From the NCBI GenBank assembly GCA_050273025.1, contig CP158635.1, positions 20,274,001 to 20,338,000 on the forward strand: 64,000 nt of DNA, written 5' to 3'. The DNA is from Cenococcum geophilum. Lineage: Eukaryota. Within the stretch, counting starts at the first letter, position 1, and every line of letters begins with the position of its first letter. The notes beneath the pieces are model-generated. The model had not been told where the DNA came from and did no database searches. It saw only the letters and a program-made list of their open reading frames with translations. The position numbers and the translations under genes were made by a program. This document shows, in pieces, positions 50,539 to 64,000 of this stretch.

Positions 50539-51619
50539 AAGGGTTAGTTTAGTTTTATTATTAGGCGATTATAGTTATACTAGGCGTCCTATACTTTATT
50601 CGGGTTAATATAGATAGCCGCTAGGTGCTATATTATCTTATTAATAGATATAAATCGGATAGGGGAATCGTCCTTAAACTTGGCTTAAAGGTGCCGTTAG
50701 GCGTCCCTAGTGGTTTAACTAAAAAGGTAGAGCATTTTGGCTTCCTTAGAAAGGAAATGGTTATAGTTAACGCGGAGTTTTCCTTATACTTAAACCCTCT
50801 AATTTTTAAAGATAGGGTCTATCCCGTTAGATAGTAGTTAGGGGTTAAAGAGCTTAATAGACTTTACTTGCTTTATTATTATATCCGTACTCCCTAGTGT
50901 ATTATATTTGGTAGAGTAAGCATATTGGCTAGAGCTTTAAGAAGGGGAAGCCGGGCTATTTTATAGGGCTGTAAGGCTTTCTAGGATCTCTTATAAGGTT
51001 TTTTGTGTATTCCTTACCTTAAGACAATTGGCTTTCTAGCTGGCTATAAGGGCGCGAATCTACTCGCGTACGTCTATAATGTTATTATTATCTTTAATTT
51101 CTAATCCCAATTAGATCTTAGGTTCCTCTTAGGTAAAGGCAGCTCTCTTAAATAAGCTTACTTTAGGTGCCATCGTTAACTTCCTAGGGTTTATTAGTAT
51201 TATATACTTTGGTTTTAATTCTAGGGGTATAGGTCCAGTCCTATTTAGCTTATAAGGTGGGATATTATTTAGGCCTTCCTAAGTAATATAGAGTTGTTTT
51301 AGTGTCTAAGTATAGCGCGTTAACGCGTTATTGTAGACGAAGTTTTTTTTATTTTAGGGTGGGATATTATTAAGGCCTTCCTAGGTAATGTAGGGAGAGC
51401 TTAGTATAATGTAACGGCTTATATAAATGCTTCTGAACTAAAGCTTGTAGAATGCTATCTTATAAAGATACTAAGCTAAAGAGAAGGAAAAGGGGTCGCT
51501 AGGACCAATGTAAATAAATATATAGGGTAAGCCGCTAAGGCGCTAGCTTTGGGCGGGCCAATCGTAGGTCGGCAGAATATGGCAGAATTTAGCAGGTAAC
51601 GTGCAATAGCGCCGTTATA
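50539..51619 (-). mobile_element. 5' fragment of Gypsy element F (5' LTR 51410-51619, gag start at 51173)
   Basis: LTR R/U5 and PBS are shared with element E. Gag relic PIF(E)N(W)RV.V.GKLRVNY(D)HF is similar to the G1 gag. Confidence 0.75.
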
Positions 51620-54600
51620 CTATATATATTGTATATATCATTTATATATATAATCTATACTAACGTATAATATGCTTAGTGTCTTAGGTTAACTCTTAGC
51701 TCGTTTTTATTTTTAAGTTTAAACCTTTCTTGTGTTAATCTAAGCGTTACAACTTTATTTATAGGTACTATAATTTACCTCTCGCTTCTCTAGTCCTCTA
51801 ATTACTTCTTTAGATCTTTTAACATTATAATTGAGGCTCCTTTAATATGACTTATAGCCTTCTCTATAATCGGGTAGTCTTAGATAACTTTTTCATCTAA
51901 CTATATATAGAAATCTTCCTACTTATTATTATATTGTTATCTATACCACTTTTAGTATATAGCCCTTTAAGTATATACGGCTTATCCGTAAGGAAGTATC
52001 TTCTTATTACTACGTTATAATAGCCTTTAGTGTGTTATTCCTTAAACCTAGTTAAAATCCCTAAATCCTCTTCTTATTCCAGTTCGGTAAGCTACTTAGC
52101 TCTTAGTATGCCTATCCTAGGCCTATTAGTAATCCTTTATATAGGTGCTCTATCCCTTATATAACCTAGTATACTAGATCTCTTGTCTAGTTTCTAATCT
52201 TGCTATAAGGTAATCCTTGCTCTAAATTCCTTTATAGTTTCTTTCTTTTCACGTCTTATAAGTAGATCCTTAAAGTCTTCTTACTTTTTAATCTTATTAA
52301 TAGTCCTTATTTATGTCTTAAAGTCTTAGTTCTATAGGATCCTTAATCCTAAGCTTGCTTCTATCTTAAGCTTTACTCCTACCTTAGGCTTAAGTATTCT
52401 TATCTCGTCTTAAGAGTCTTAAATCTTACTCCTCTTGTCTTAAGAGTCTTGTGCCTATAAAAAACTCTATCCTAAGCTTATTTGTATATCTTTAAACTAA
52501 GCTACTGCTCTGCTTTATTGGTTATCGTCCATTATAGGTCCTTAAGTTTGCCTTATCTCGTCTTAAGAATCTTAGTCGTCTCTTATCTCATCTTAAGAAT
52601 CTTAAGCCTTTGGCCTTTTGCCTTTATTAAGTGCCGAAGTAGTTCTCTACCCTACTTCTCTTATATCTCGCGAAGTGATAGACATCGTGTCTAGTAGGGT
52701 CTTAATCCCTACTAATATTCCTTACTCTATAGTGGAATTATCCTCTACCTCTTATATAACATCTTTAAGGTCTACATGCTTCTAGTAAGCTGCCTTCATT
52801 GCCTTATTATGGAATATTTCGCCTATATTAAATTCATTATCCTTAATATCCGATCTGTGAACTAGTTTATTAGTTCCTCTATATTTTAAGGATTTTAGCT
52901 CCTATAGCTAATAGCTTACGCTATACTTAGCGTCTTTATAAATTTAGCATATATTATTGTAATAAAACGTAAAACTTTTAATTAAACATTTTTTTATTCC
53001 TTGTAGTATACTATTATCCCTTTATACGTATATGTCTTCTACTGCGAGTCTAGTTCCCTTTATTATATAGTAACTCTAACTATCTTTATAATCCCTTATA
53101 AAGTAACATTATTTTCTATAATTTATATAAGCTCCGTTTTTAAACCACTAACTTTGCTATAAAGTCCGCCTAAACGTCTTCTACTACTAAGATCCCTAGT
53201 TTAGCCTTCGCTCCTTAGTCCTATAATTACTAAATCCTTAACCTCTAGGTTTCTATAGTTATTCTTTAAACTATTTCTTTTCTTTAGTACTACTTAGGTC
53301 TATTAGCTTTGCGCCATATTATAATTTCTAGCTTAGCTTTAGTTATTGCGTACTCTATATCTTATATAACTATAAAACTCTATCCTAACCTCTCTTAGCC
53401 TATTCCCTTTAGTAGATCCAATTGTTAATCTTAATTACTTAATCTATTAGTTCCCTTAGGGTATCCGCATCTTCTATTAGGATAATTACGTTCTAGACTT
53501 TAGCCTTAAGTCCCTATTTATACTATACTATAAGCGCCTTATTATTCTACTTAACTTATATAGCTAGCGTCTAAAACTGCGTTATATACTTAATTGCTAA
53601 GGTTTATTATATAATATCTTAGAGTTTTCTTTTCGCTATAGTTACCGCCTCTGGGTCTCCAAATATTTATATAAGTTGCTCCGTAAACCCTTCCTAGCTT
53701 AAGAATATAAACCGCATCTCTTAATTAGTAGTTGTTATTCTATTTACCTATATTTCTATAAAGTAAAGCTTAAACTACTTAAGTGCCCTTCCTAATAGGA
53801 ATAGTCCTGTATAGGCTATTCGATCCATAGGTATTAGTAACTTTACCCCTTCCTATATAACTTTAAAGTGCATTTAGGTAAGAAACCCCTTAAGCTTTAA
53901 TCTTTCTCCTAAGTACCTCTTAATTAATAGTAACTTAATCTTTACTGCTCTAATCCTATTAATCCTTTCCTCTAATACTATATTATTTGTTATTAACTAG
54001 TTAACTATTTCTTATAGCTGTTTAACCGTCATAGGTTGTTATAAGTTAGTATCTGCTATACTAGTATTACCTCCTAACCTTAAAGTAGTTACCGCCGTTA
54101 ATAGCTTTATAGTGGCTGCTTTTAGTAGCATATTATTTAACTTTCTATATTTAATACCGTAATTAGGTAGTAATTATATAACGGAACCTTATAGCAAGTA
54201 CTACGATAGGCTTATTATTAGGCTAGGTGTGTAGGTAATGCAAATTAAAGTTAATAACGTAATAATAACTAGTGGAGTGGTTGCCTAATAGATTAACTTT
54301 AATTATATTCTAAGAATTACTATAAGGAAGGAATTATCTAGGTAGGGACTAAGGGTCCTTAAATACACAACTATACTCCTATAAAATCCTTCTTGTATAT
54401 AATATACGTATACTTTATTTACTCTATTACGGATTATATAAATCCTATAGATTATATAGATTACGTTATATAACCTTAGCTACTATTCCTCGTTATATAG
54501 TTCTATTGGCTCTATTCTAAACCGTGCCTAAATTAACTAACTAGCTTCTTCCGACTCTTCTCTAAGTAGTCGTAATATTATACTTAAAGCGTCCGTAACA
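51620..54600 (-). mobile_element. 5' part of Gypsy family A copy A2 (gag region plus 5' LTR 54177-54600)
   Basis: Homologous to 23140-26124. Confidence 0.88.
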
Positions 54601-57600
54601 GGATACCTATCCTTTTAAGTAATGCTATTTAACTATCTATAGTTAATATATAGCCTAAGTTTTCTATTCTTCTTTAGTACGAATAATACTAGATAACCTA
54701 CTAATAACTATAATAGTCTAATATATCCCTTTTATAGGTTCTCCTAGATAAACTCTTTAAGTGCTCTTAACTCTTCTTAAGTAAGCTTATAGGTTAGAAA
54801 GAACCTTAGACTTATTCCTAGTTCTAACTCTATCTTATAATCCTATACTATATAATCTACTAGCTTTTTACTTTCTAGGCTCTATAGTTTTTTACTATAC
54901 TTATAGTATCTCTTTAGTATATAACTTAAGCCTTACTTAGTCTCTTTATATATCGCTCTAACTTAGTACTATACTAACTTAGTTTACTATTATATCTTAT
55001 AGTATTAAGTATCTTTAATATTAACCTAACCTATAATCTAATTAATCTTTAGATTATATTCCTATAACTAAGGTATACCTAATACTGCCTTATCCTATTC
55101 TAATAGTAGGATATTAAAAAATATCTTAATTTATCTCCCTTTAATGGTTATCTAAATAGGTCCTATTTTAAGATTAATAATTCCTCCTTTATAGGCTATT
55201 AGATCTCCTAAAATTATAACTAATAAGTAAGGTTATTCCTTCTATCTATAAGGTAATCCTATTCTTTTAACTGCTACTAGTAAGATATAGTTCCGTATTA
55301 CTCCACTATTTAATAGTACTTTAAACTGCTAATCTTACTATTTAACTTATAAATTTAGGTGTTATCCTTAAATTCCTTTAAGGGTTTAAGGCTCTACTAC
55401 TAGCTCCCTCTAGTTTTATAGACCTTTACTTTTCCTAACTATTAGCTGCTTAATCCTATTATACTTAGCTTACATTTTAGCTAATACCTAGTTCGCTTTT
55501 TATCCTTAATATACTATAGATATATATTCTCTAGGTATTCCTACTACTATTATCCGTCTAAGTATTCTTCTATAAGAAATTTTTCTAGTTAAAGTATTAA
55601 GTCTTCTAACTCCTAAACTTCTACTAAATGCCAGCTATATATATACTTAGTATTCCTATACTATTAATTATCTAGCGCCTAATATATCCTTATAGGGTAC
55701 TTCTAATTCTTTTTTTATTAGATTTTTATGCATTTTGTATATATTATTTACGTATACTATTTATAATAACGTATAGTATGCTAGGTACTTTAGGTTAACT
55801 CTTAGCTTATCTTTATCCTTAAGTTTAAACCTCTACCGTATTAATCTAAACGTTATAACCCTATTTATAGGTACTAAGATATACCTCTTACTTCTCTAGT
55901 CCTCTAATTATTCTTTTAGATCCTTTAATGTTATAATTAAGGCTCTCTTAATATAAGTTATAGCCTTTTTAGTAATTAGGTGGTCCTAGATAACTTATTT
56001 ATCTAACTATATATAAAAATCTTCCTACTTATTATTATATCGCTGCCTATACCACTTCTAGTATAGCTATTAGAGTATATATAGCTTATCTATAAGGAAG
56101 TATCTTCTTATTACTACGTTATAATAGCTTTTTATATATTATTTCTTAAATCTAGTAGGGATTCCTAGATCCTCTTCGTCTTCTAATTTAGTAAGCTACT
56201 TAGCTCTTAGCGTACCTACCCTAGGCCTATTAGTAATTCTTTATACTAGTGCTCTGTCCCTTATATAACCTAATATACTAAATCTCTAGTCTAGTTTCTA
56301 TTCTTACTATATAAGGATTCTCTGTTTAAATTCCTCTATATTTTTTTTTTGTTTTCGCCTTATAAGTAGATCCTTAAAGTCTTTTTACTTCTTAATCTTA
56401 GTTTATTTAATGGTCCTTATTTATATCTAGAAGTCTTAGTCCTATAGGATTTTTAATTCTAAGCTTGCTTCTATCTTAAGTTTAGCTCTAGCCTTAGTTT
56501 AACTAGGCTTTTTTAGTATTTAAATCTCGTTTTAAGAGTCTTAAATCTTACTTATTTTATCTTAAAAGTCTTATACCTTTAGGAAACTTCGACCTAAGCT
56601 TATTTATATATTACTAAACTAAGCTATTACTCTGCTCTATTAGTTATTGTCTATTATAGGTCCTTAAGCATATTTTATCCTATCTTGGGAATCTTAAGAG
56701 TCTCGTATCTTTTCTTAAGAATCTTAAGCCTGTGGCCTTTTGCCTTTATTAAGTGCTAAAGTAGTTCGCTATTTTATTTCTCTTATATCTTATAAAGCAA
56801 TAAATATTATATTTAGTAGGGTCTTAATCTCTATTAATATTCCCTATTCTATAGTAGAATTATTTTTTACCTCTTTTATAACATTTTTAATGTCTATATA
56901 CTCCTAATAAGCTACTTTTATTATCCTTAATATTCGATCTATAAACTAGTTTATTAGTTCCTCTAAACCCTAATAATTTTAGCTCCTATAGCTAATAGCT
57001 TATACTATACTTAGCGTCTTTATAGATTTAGTATACGTTATTATAATAAAACGCAAAACTCTTAATTAAATATTCTTTTGTTCCTTATAGTATACTATTA
57101 TCCCTTTATATATATATATCTTCTACTAGTCTTATTCCTTTTACTATATAATAACTTTAACTACTTCTATAGTCTTTAATATAATAACCCTATTTTCTAT
57201 AATTTATATAAGCTCTTTCTTTAAATTATTTTTCTTGCTATAGAGTCCGCCTAAACGTCTTCTACTATTAAGATCCCTAGTTTAGCCTTTGCTTCTTAGA
57301 CCTTTAATTACTTAATTCTCATTCTTTAGGTTTCTACAGTTGTTTATTTTATTTCTTATTTTCTTTAGTACCACTTAGGTCTATTAGCTTTACGCTATAC
57401 TATAGTTTCTAATTTTAACTTTATTAATGCGTACTTTGCGCCTTATATAACTATAAAACTCTATTCTAACCTTTTTTAGTCTGCTCTCTTTAGTAGATCC
57501 TATTATTAATTTTAATTACTTAATTAATTAAATCCCTAAGAGTATCTATATCTTCTATTAGGATAATTACGTCCTAGACTTTTACCTTAAGTCCTTACTT

Positions 57601-58343
57601 ATACTATGCTATAAGCGCCTTATTATTCTATTTAACTTATATTACTAATATTTAAAACTATATTATATATTTAATTGCTAAAGTTCGTTATACTAGGTTT
57701 TAAAGTTTTCTTTCTACCGTAGTGGTTACCTCTAAGTCTCTAAATATTTGCGTTAATTATTCTATAAACCTATTCTAACTTAAAAATATATACTATACTC
57801 CTATACCTCTATAAGGTAAGGCTTAAACTACTTAAGTGCTCTTCCTATTAAGAATAATCCTATATAAGTAACTTAATCTATAGGCGTTCCTAGCTTTACT
57901 TCTTCTTATATAACCTTAAAGTGCATTTACGTAAGGAATCCCTTAAGCTTTAACTTCTTTCCTAAGAATCGCTTAATTAAGGGTAACTTAACCTTAGCTA
58001 CTCCAATCCCATTAATTTTTTTTTAAATATCTTATTATTATCTATTAATCGATTAACTATTTCCTATAGCTGTCTAATAGTAATTAGTTGCGAGTTAGTA
58101 TCTGCTATACTAGTGTTATTACTTAATCTTAAGGTAGTTGCCGCTATAAACGCCGTTATAGCTGCTGCTTTTAGTAGCATATTATTTAACTTCTTTTACT
58201 ATAACCTTAGTAGTAAATATATAATAAAGCCTTATAGGAAATACTACGGTGGACTTGTTAATGGGCTAAGTATATAGGTATAGAATAGTTAACAACATAA
58301 ATATAACTGGTAGAGTAGTTACCTAATAAATTAACTCTAATTA
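54601..58343 (-). mobile_element. 5' part of Gypsy family A copy A3 (gag, protease, RT start; half LTR 58220-58343)
   Basis: Homologous to 22043-25830; interrupted by A2 at 54600 and by Fot1 at 58344. Confidence 0.88.
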
Positions 58344-59934
58344 ACGTAGTCGGCAAGCCAACGGGCCATGTAAGCCTCCGGGCCACCCCACCAAACCACT
58401 AAAGGCAAATATAGTAAATTACTTAACCACGAACGATTATATTTGGTGTAGCTATTTACTAGCTACTTATTTAACGTCTAGGGCACGTACGTGCATTATA
58501 TTCTATTAATTTGCACATACTACACTTACGTACTACCCGTTGCGGTTGCTTAACCGCTACCTCTACTACCCTCTCTACTGCCCTTTTCTGGACAGCTTAT
58601 GCACGAGATAGGCCTTCTACTCCTAATAAAACACCCCCCTTAGCTATATACGTGCGCCGCTATACTCTCTTCCGTTTTTAGCACTAGTTTTCTATATATA
58701 GCTTCTCATTTTTACTTACAAGTAGGATAGCGCTTAATATTGCCATTTCGCACCCCTTAATAAGCTAGCTAAGGGCTTATTTTATTAGACTTAGTAGGCT
58801 ATATATACGCCGCCTAAGATAGCGCCTTAGTAGGGCCGTCTGCTGTTATAGCTTAGTAATATTATAGGGTGTTTTAGCTACCTAAGATATATTTAACTGC
58901 GGACGGCGTTAGGGTAATAGCGTTTAATATTTAGTGTGCAGCTGTGCTAGCACGTAATTAGGGCTATATAGAACTAGGCTAGTAGCTATAAATCCTGCCA
59001 GTATATTATTCTGGTATAGTGCTATAGGCCTAGCCTACCTATATAGTGGTAGGAATTCGTATTTATTAATATGGTTAATGCCGCGGCCTATAAGCTGTTT
59101 AATAAGGCGTCCGTATAATTGCTTAAGGACTAAAAAATAGCCTATATCTAGCGGCTATAGTAGATATAATAAATGCGCTAGTATATAGAGGACGACTATT
59201 TAATAATCCAGGCAGTACTAATTAAATTTAGGCAATATATAACTATTATAGCTATCTAGTACTAGTAGCCAATACGTGCTAACTATATAATCCTTTATAT
59301 ACTTATTAAAACCCTCTATTAACTAGGTTAGGCCAATCTTATTTATTATCTAGCTATTATCGCTAATACTAATTAACCAGTTATGTGGGATAATATCGTT
59401 CTTATACTAAGCAGCTTAGTATATTACTGCCTTAAAAATAATAAGTAGCGGAATTGCAACCCCTAGGGCATTAATATATTTAATAATTATAACCCATTCT
59501 TAATTGCCTGGCTATACTATTCTAGGCCGGCCAGCCCTATTAGTTTTAGTAATAACTTTTATAGTAGCAATAACACCTATCTAGTAGCTAGTTTTATTAA
59601 AATTCTAAGTATTCTCGTTAAGAATCCTATATTAAATTTTTATATCTTAAACGCGTTTAAACTAGGCTTAAATAAGTATAGGATCCTTATATTTAGCACG
59701 CTAGTAGTTATACTTGCGATTATATTTAGATTATAGGTTATTATAGCGCTTAATAAAGTTGTATACCCATTACTCGCTAACTAGTTATAATTTGGTGTGC
59801 TAGGTAGCTAAAAGGCTAGCTATCTGCCGTATGGTAGTAACCCTAGGTAGCATACCACGTTAATCTATTAATAGAATCTACTGCTTAAGGCTCTCTTCTT
59901 ATACTAGTATAAGACGGTAATTTAGGGCAGTAGA
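58344..59934 (-). mobile_element. Fot1/pogo copy 3, inverted relative to copy 2, interrupted by Gypsy A4
   Basis: Reverse complement of ~48946-50536. Confidence 0.92.
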
Positions 59935-62900
59935 TGTAACGGAACCTTGTAGCAAGAACTACAATAGGTTCGTCAATAGGCTAGGTGTGTAGGAAATGCA
60001 AGTATAAAAGTTAACAACGTAATAATAACTGGTGGAGTGGTTGCCTAACAGATTAACTCTAATTATATTCTGAGAATCACTATAAGGAAGGAACTATCTA
60101 GGTAGGGACTAAGGGTCCTTAAATATACAACCGTACTCCTATAAAATTCTTCTTATATATAATATACGTCTTATACATAAGGTACGTGAGTTTCTCTCGT
60201 TCCTCTTGTTTAATATATAACACATTATATAACCTTAGTTACCATTTCTTATTACATAGTTTTACGGGTTCCATCCTAGACTATATTTATATTAACTAAC
60301 TAGCTTCTTCTAACTCCTCTCCAAATAGTTATAGCATTATACTTAAAGCGTCCGTAACACCATCTCCCTCCTTTTTATCTTTGTCCTTAAAGATTTAAAA
60401 TATCTCTAAATTGTTTACTAGAGGTGTAATATTCGTCTAATTAATTTAGTTAATATTATTACTTATTATACCTAAAGAAATTTCTTCTTTATACGCCTAA
60501 CGTCGTGCTCGTACTGTTGCTATAATATTATCTCTTAGTAAGATTATGCCGTCTCCATATTCTCGTTGTTTGAAAGAGGGATTAATTTATATTGCGTTAG
60601 CGAGTCCTTTATCCTAGCAACCTTCCTTTTATTTAGAGTGTACTAAAGTAAATATTTGGTTATCCTATAACGTTCGCTCTACTTCTAATGCTAAATATAC
60701 GCAACTTATTACTCTTAATAGTCGTCTAGTTCCCTAATTAATTTGTCTTAGGGTTTTGTATTTAATCTGCTGCTGCTTAGCTAGATAGTAAACTGTTATA
60801 AGCCCTTACTAAGTTAAAATATTCCCGTAACGCGGAATAGAAGGCCTTAGATGCTTAAATTACGGCATCTACTCGTCTGCTTTGTCTTAAGAAGGTTTAT
60901 AAGGTCTATTCTAAGGAGTAAAAACTTATAGAATAAGGTTTATAGGAACTAAGTAATAAAAGAACGGATTCTCTTCCAATAGAGAAGGAAATAGATCCAA
61001 GTAGTTCGGCAACTGCTCTTCTTAGGTCCCCCTTAGGTAACTCGTTCTTTAGCAATCCTTTTTTATTAATACTGCCTAACCTAATCTCTTCTAATACTTC
61101 TATACCTTTCCTATAGCGTTTTTTAAATTCTCTAATAGCTCCTAGGTAGTCTTAGTATAGCCTATTTACTTAACCTCGTACTATATTTTGTTATTAATAT
61201 CCTTATAATTAACAATCTTTAATACTTACCATTTGTCTTCTTCTTATCCTTTATACGTGTCTACTTTATAAACCGGTGGCTTAATATTCCTATATGCTAG
61301 CTCTAGCATTATAATATGCTATATAGGGTAGATCTTTATTTTGGCTAGTAGGTTTAACTTAAATGTAACTAGTGAAATCCTTTGTGTAATTTTAAAAGGT
61401 CCTAGTCTGATATAGTCTAATTTCTTGCTTAGTCATTAACTCTTGAAATTTTTGTATAGTAGCCATACTTTATCTCCCTCCTTAAGATCTGGTCCCTTAG
61501 ATCTCTTAGTATTATAGTACTTTTTTATTCTCTCTTATACTTTCTTTACTAATTCCGTAAGGTCTATATAAAGATTTATTAATATCTTCATTCTCTCTTT
61601 AGCTATACTACTCGTTTTCTTCGCTTACTATAGTAATAACGATGTTCTTAGCTCGTATCCATAATTTGCCTTAAATAGTAATATACCTATTCCTTTTTAA
61701 GGTGTTATATTATATGTAAACTATATAACTAGTAATAGTAATACCCAATTATTCTATGCATAATTAATATAATGTCTTAAATACTATTCTAGCGTCTAAT
61801 TTAATCTTTCTATTTAACCGTCTGTCTGCGGATAATATGTGGTGGAAGTTGCTGCTTAAACTCCTTGCTCTATTAAGAATACTTCCTAGAATACTGCTAC
61901 GAATCTTAGATCTCTATCCGATATGATTTTGCTTAGTGCTCTATATTTTATAAACACTTCTTTAATATAGATTTTAGCGACATCTTCTGCTGAGATTTCT
62001 TCTATATATGCTATAAAGTATCCCCACTTTGTAAGCTTGTCTACTATTACTAAGATTACATCATAATCTTATCCGGTAATAGGGTCTTTTAATTTTAATA
62101 ACTTAACAATAAAGTCCCATAATATGACCTCCTATAGTCTCTTTAGTATTTTAATAGGTTGTAGCCCTCTATATGGCTTATGCCTTATTAGTTTATTTCT
62201 TTAATAATCTAGACATTCCTTTATAACCCTTCTAGCTATTCTCTAGATTCTATTAATAACGTACTCCTTTTAGAGTCTCGACACTAAGCCCGTAGCTCTA
62301 TTATGTCCTTAGGTTAGTCCCTTATAGAAGTCCTTTATAAACTGCTCTGCTATGCTTTTTAGGATATACTTTATTTCTTAATTCTTGTATATATCCGTTT
62401 ATAGATCTTCTAGCTATACTTCTAGAATTCTTTATACCTAAAAGCTTTCTAGTATCTCGTAGACTTTCTTTAGTTCATTATCTTCTTAAGTTGCTACGAT
62501 TTTTAGATAATTATACCTAATTAATCCGTTTATATCTTTTTGTAATAAAGCCCCTAATGGCTTTTCCTTATTTTATAGTTTAGCTTTACGGCTTAGAGCA
62601 TCTGCCCGCGTATTGTCTATACCTTTAGTATACTAAATCTTAAAATGGTATTCCGTAAGCATCTCTACCTATCTAACCTATCTTTAGTTAAGTTCCTTCG
62701 TTATTAGGAATCCTATTAGGTTCTTATAATCTATCTTAACCACAAATAGTTTCTCTATACCTTATAAGAATGCTCTTTATTCCTTTAATGCTGCAACTAT
62801 ACCTAATAACTCTTTGTTGTAGATATTATAGTTTAACTCCGGTAGTGTTATCTTCTAACTATAGTATGCCACTAGGTGCCATCTATCTTAATACCTTTAT

Positions 62901-64000
62901 ATAAAGCACGCCTCTAGTATATAGTCTAATGTATCTATTTCTACAACCGTCTCTAGTCTTGGTTAATAGATCTTAAGAACTAGCTCCTAGGTAAATAACT
63001 CTTTAACTTTTTTAAAGAGTTCTCTTTACTCCTTCCCCTATATCTATAGTTGTTCTTTCTTTATTAACCGTGTAAATAGCTTAATATTCTTTAACTATTG
63101 CGCTATAAACCTTTTATAGTAATTGCAAAACCCTAGGAACGATCTTAACTGTATAACGTTCTCTAGTTCCTACCAATTTACTATAGCCTTAATCTTCTTT
63201 AGATCTATACTAAGTTAGCCTAGTTTAATAATAAATTTAACGAAATTGGTCTTCCTAGTAAAGAACTTATATTTCTTAATTGCTACTAGCATCTGTTCTT
63301 CTTATAGTCTCTTTAAGACCTATTTAATATGTTCCCTATATTCTTCCTTAGTTATTAAGTAGATAATAATATTATCAAGATATACTATAATAAATTTATC
63401 TAAGTGTTCTCCTAACACATTGTTAATACGCTTTTAGAACATTACTAGTGCGTTTATAAGCCTAAATTACATAACTAATAGTTTATATAGTCCTTCCTTT
63501 AACCTAAAGGCTGCCTTCTATTTATTACCTTCCTTAATCCTAATTTAATAGTACGCCCATCTTAGATCTATCTTTATAAAGATTTGCGCATTACCTATCC
63601 TGTCTTAAATTTCGCTAATTAAGGGTAAAGGATACCTATCCTTCCTAGTAATGCTGTTTAACTATTTATAGTTAATATATAGCCTTAGTTTGCCATTCTT
63701 CTTTAGTATAAATAGTACTGGATAACCCGCTAATGACTGCGATAGTCTAATATATCCCTTTTATAGATTTTTTTAGATAAACTCTTTTAATGCTTTACCC
63801 TCTTCTTTAGTAAGCTTGTAGATTAGAAAGAACTTTAGACTTATTCCTAGTTCTAACTCTATCTTATAGTCCTATACTATATATTCTAACAGCTTCTTAC
63901 TTTCTAGTAACTATAGTTTCTTACCGTACTTATGGTATCTCTTTAGTATATAACTTAGTCCTTTTTCTGTTTCTTTATAGGTTGCTCCTACTTAGTACCA
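59935..64000 (-). mobile_element. Gypsy family A copy A4 (3' LTR 59935-60359, chromodomain, integrase, RNaseH, RT); continues beyond the window
   Basis: Homologous to 18381-22400. Confidence 0.92.
60468..61030 (+). pseudogene. Antisense accessory gene relic of Gypsy A4: Zn(II)2Cys6-like cluster, intron 60697-60751, coiled coil
   Basis: Reads IMPSP(Y)SRCLKEGLI(Y)IALASPLS.QPSF(Y)LECTKVNIWLS(Y), with the same 55-nt intron. The 3' end is approximate. Confidence 0.72.

Noticed and set aside
589..52694. Short I/L/Y/K-rich ORFs in the ORF track (589, 3620, 17473, 32514, 34437, 49100, 50625, 52482)
   Set aside because: Chance or antisense frames inside RIPed transposons; the hydrophobic bias reflects AT richness.
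51620..64000. A2 (5' part) and A4 (3' part) as two halves of one rearranged element
   Set aside because: The outer 5-bp flanks differ (ggata vs gtaga), so they are separate insertions.

Overview
This window is filamentous-ascomycete DNA, about 90% of it nested transposon relics damaged by RIP (repeat-induced point mutation: TpA-rich, in-frame TAA/TAG throughout). Two small unmutated islands remain. One holds a two-exon gene (13375-14918, about 484 aa, Ser/Pro-rich with a C-terminal TPR-like helix pair). The other holds an intron-containing tRNA-Gln(UUG) at 30554-30639. The elements, many delimited by target-site duplications (TSDs), are Ty1/Copia, chromodomain Ty3/Gypsy, non-autonomous LTR elements, Fot1/pogo and Tigger-like DNA transposons, hAT remnants, MITEs and Tad-like non-LTR derivatives. 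The main observations are five. (1) A 1-kb non-coding non-LTR insertion starts, by its TSD, exactly at G1 of a complete HDV-like ribozyme fold. (2) One Gypsy family carries an antisense, intron-containing accessory gene with Zn(II)2Cys6 spacing, seen in three copies. (3) An ORF1-only LINE is bounded by its own TSD. (4) Self-priming PBS/R pairs covary between LTR subfamilies. (5) A 7.8-kb inversion between two inverted Fot1 copies split an LTR in half. All 'de-RIPed' reconstructions are manual inferences and no database searches were run.
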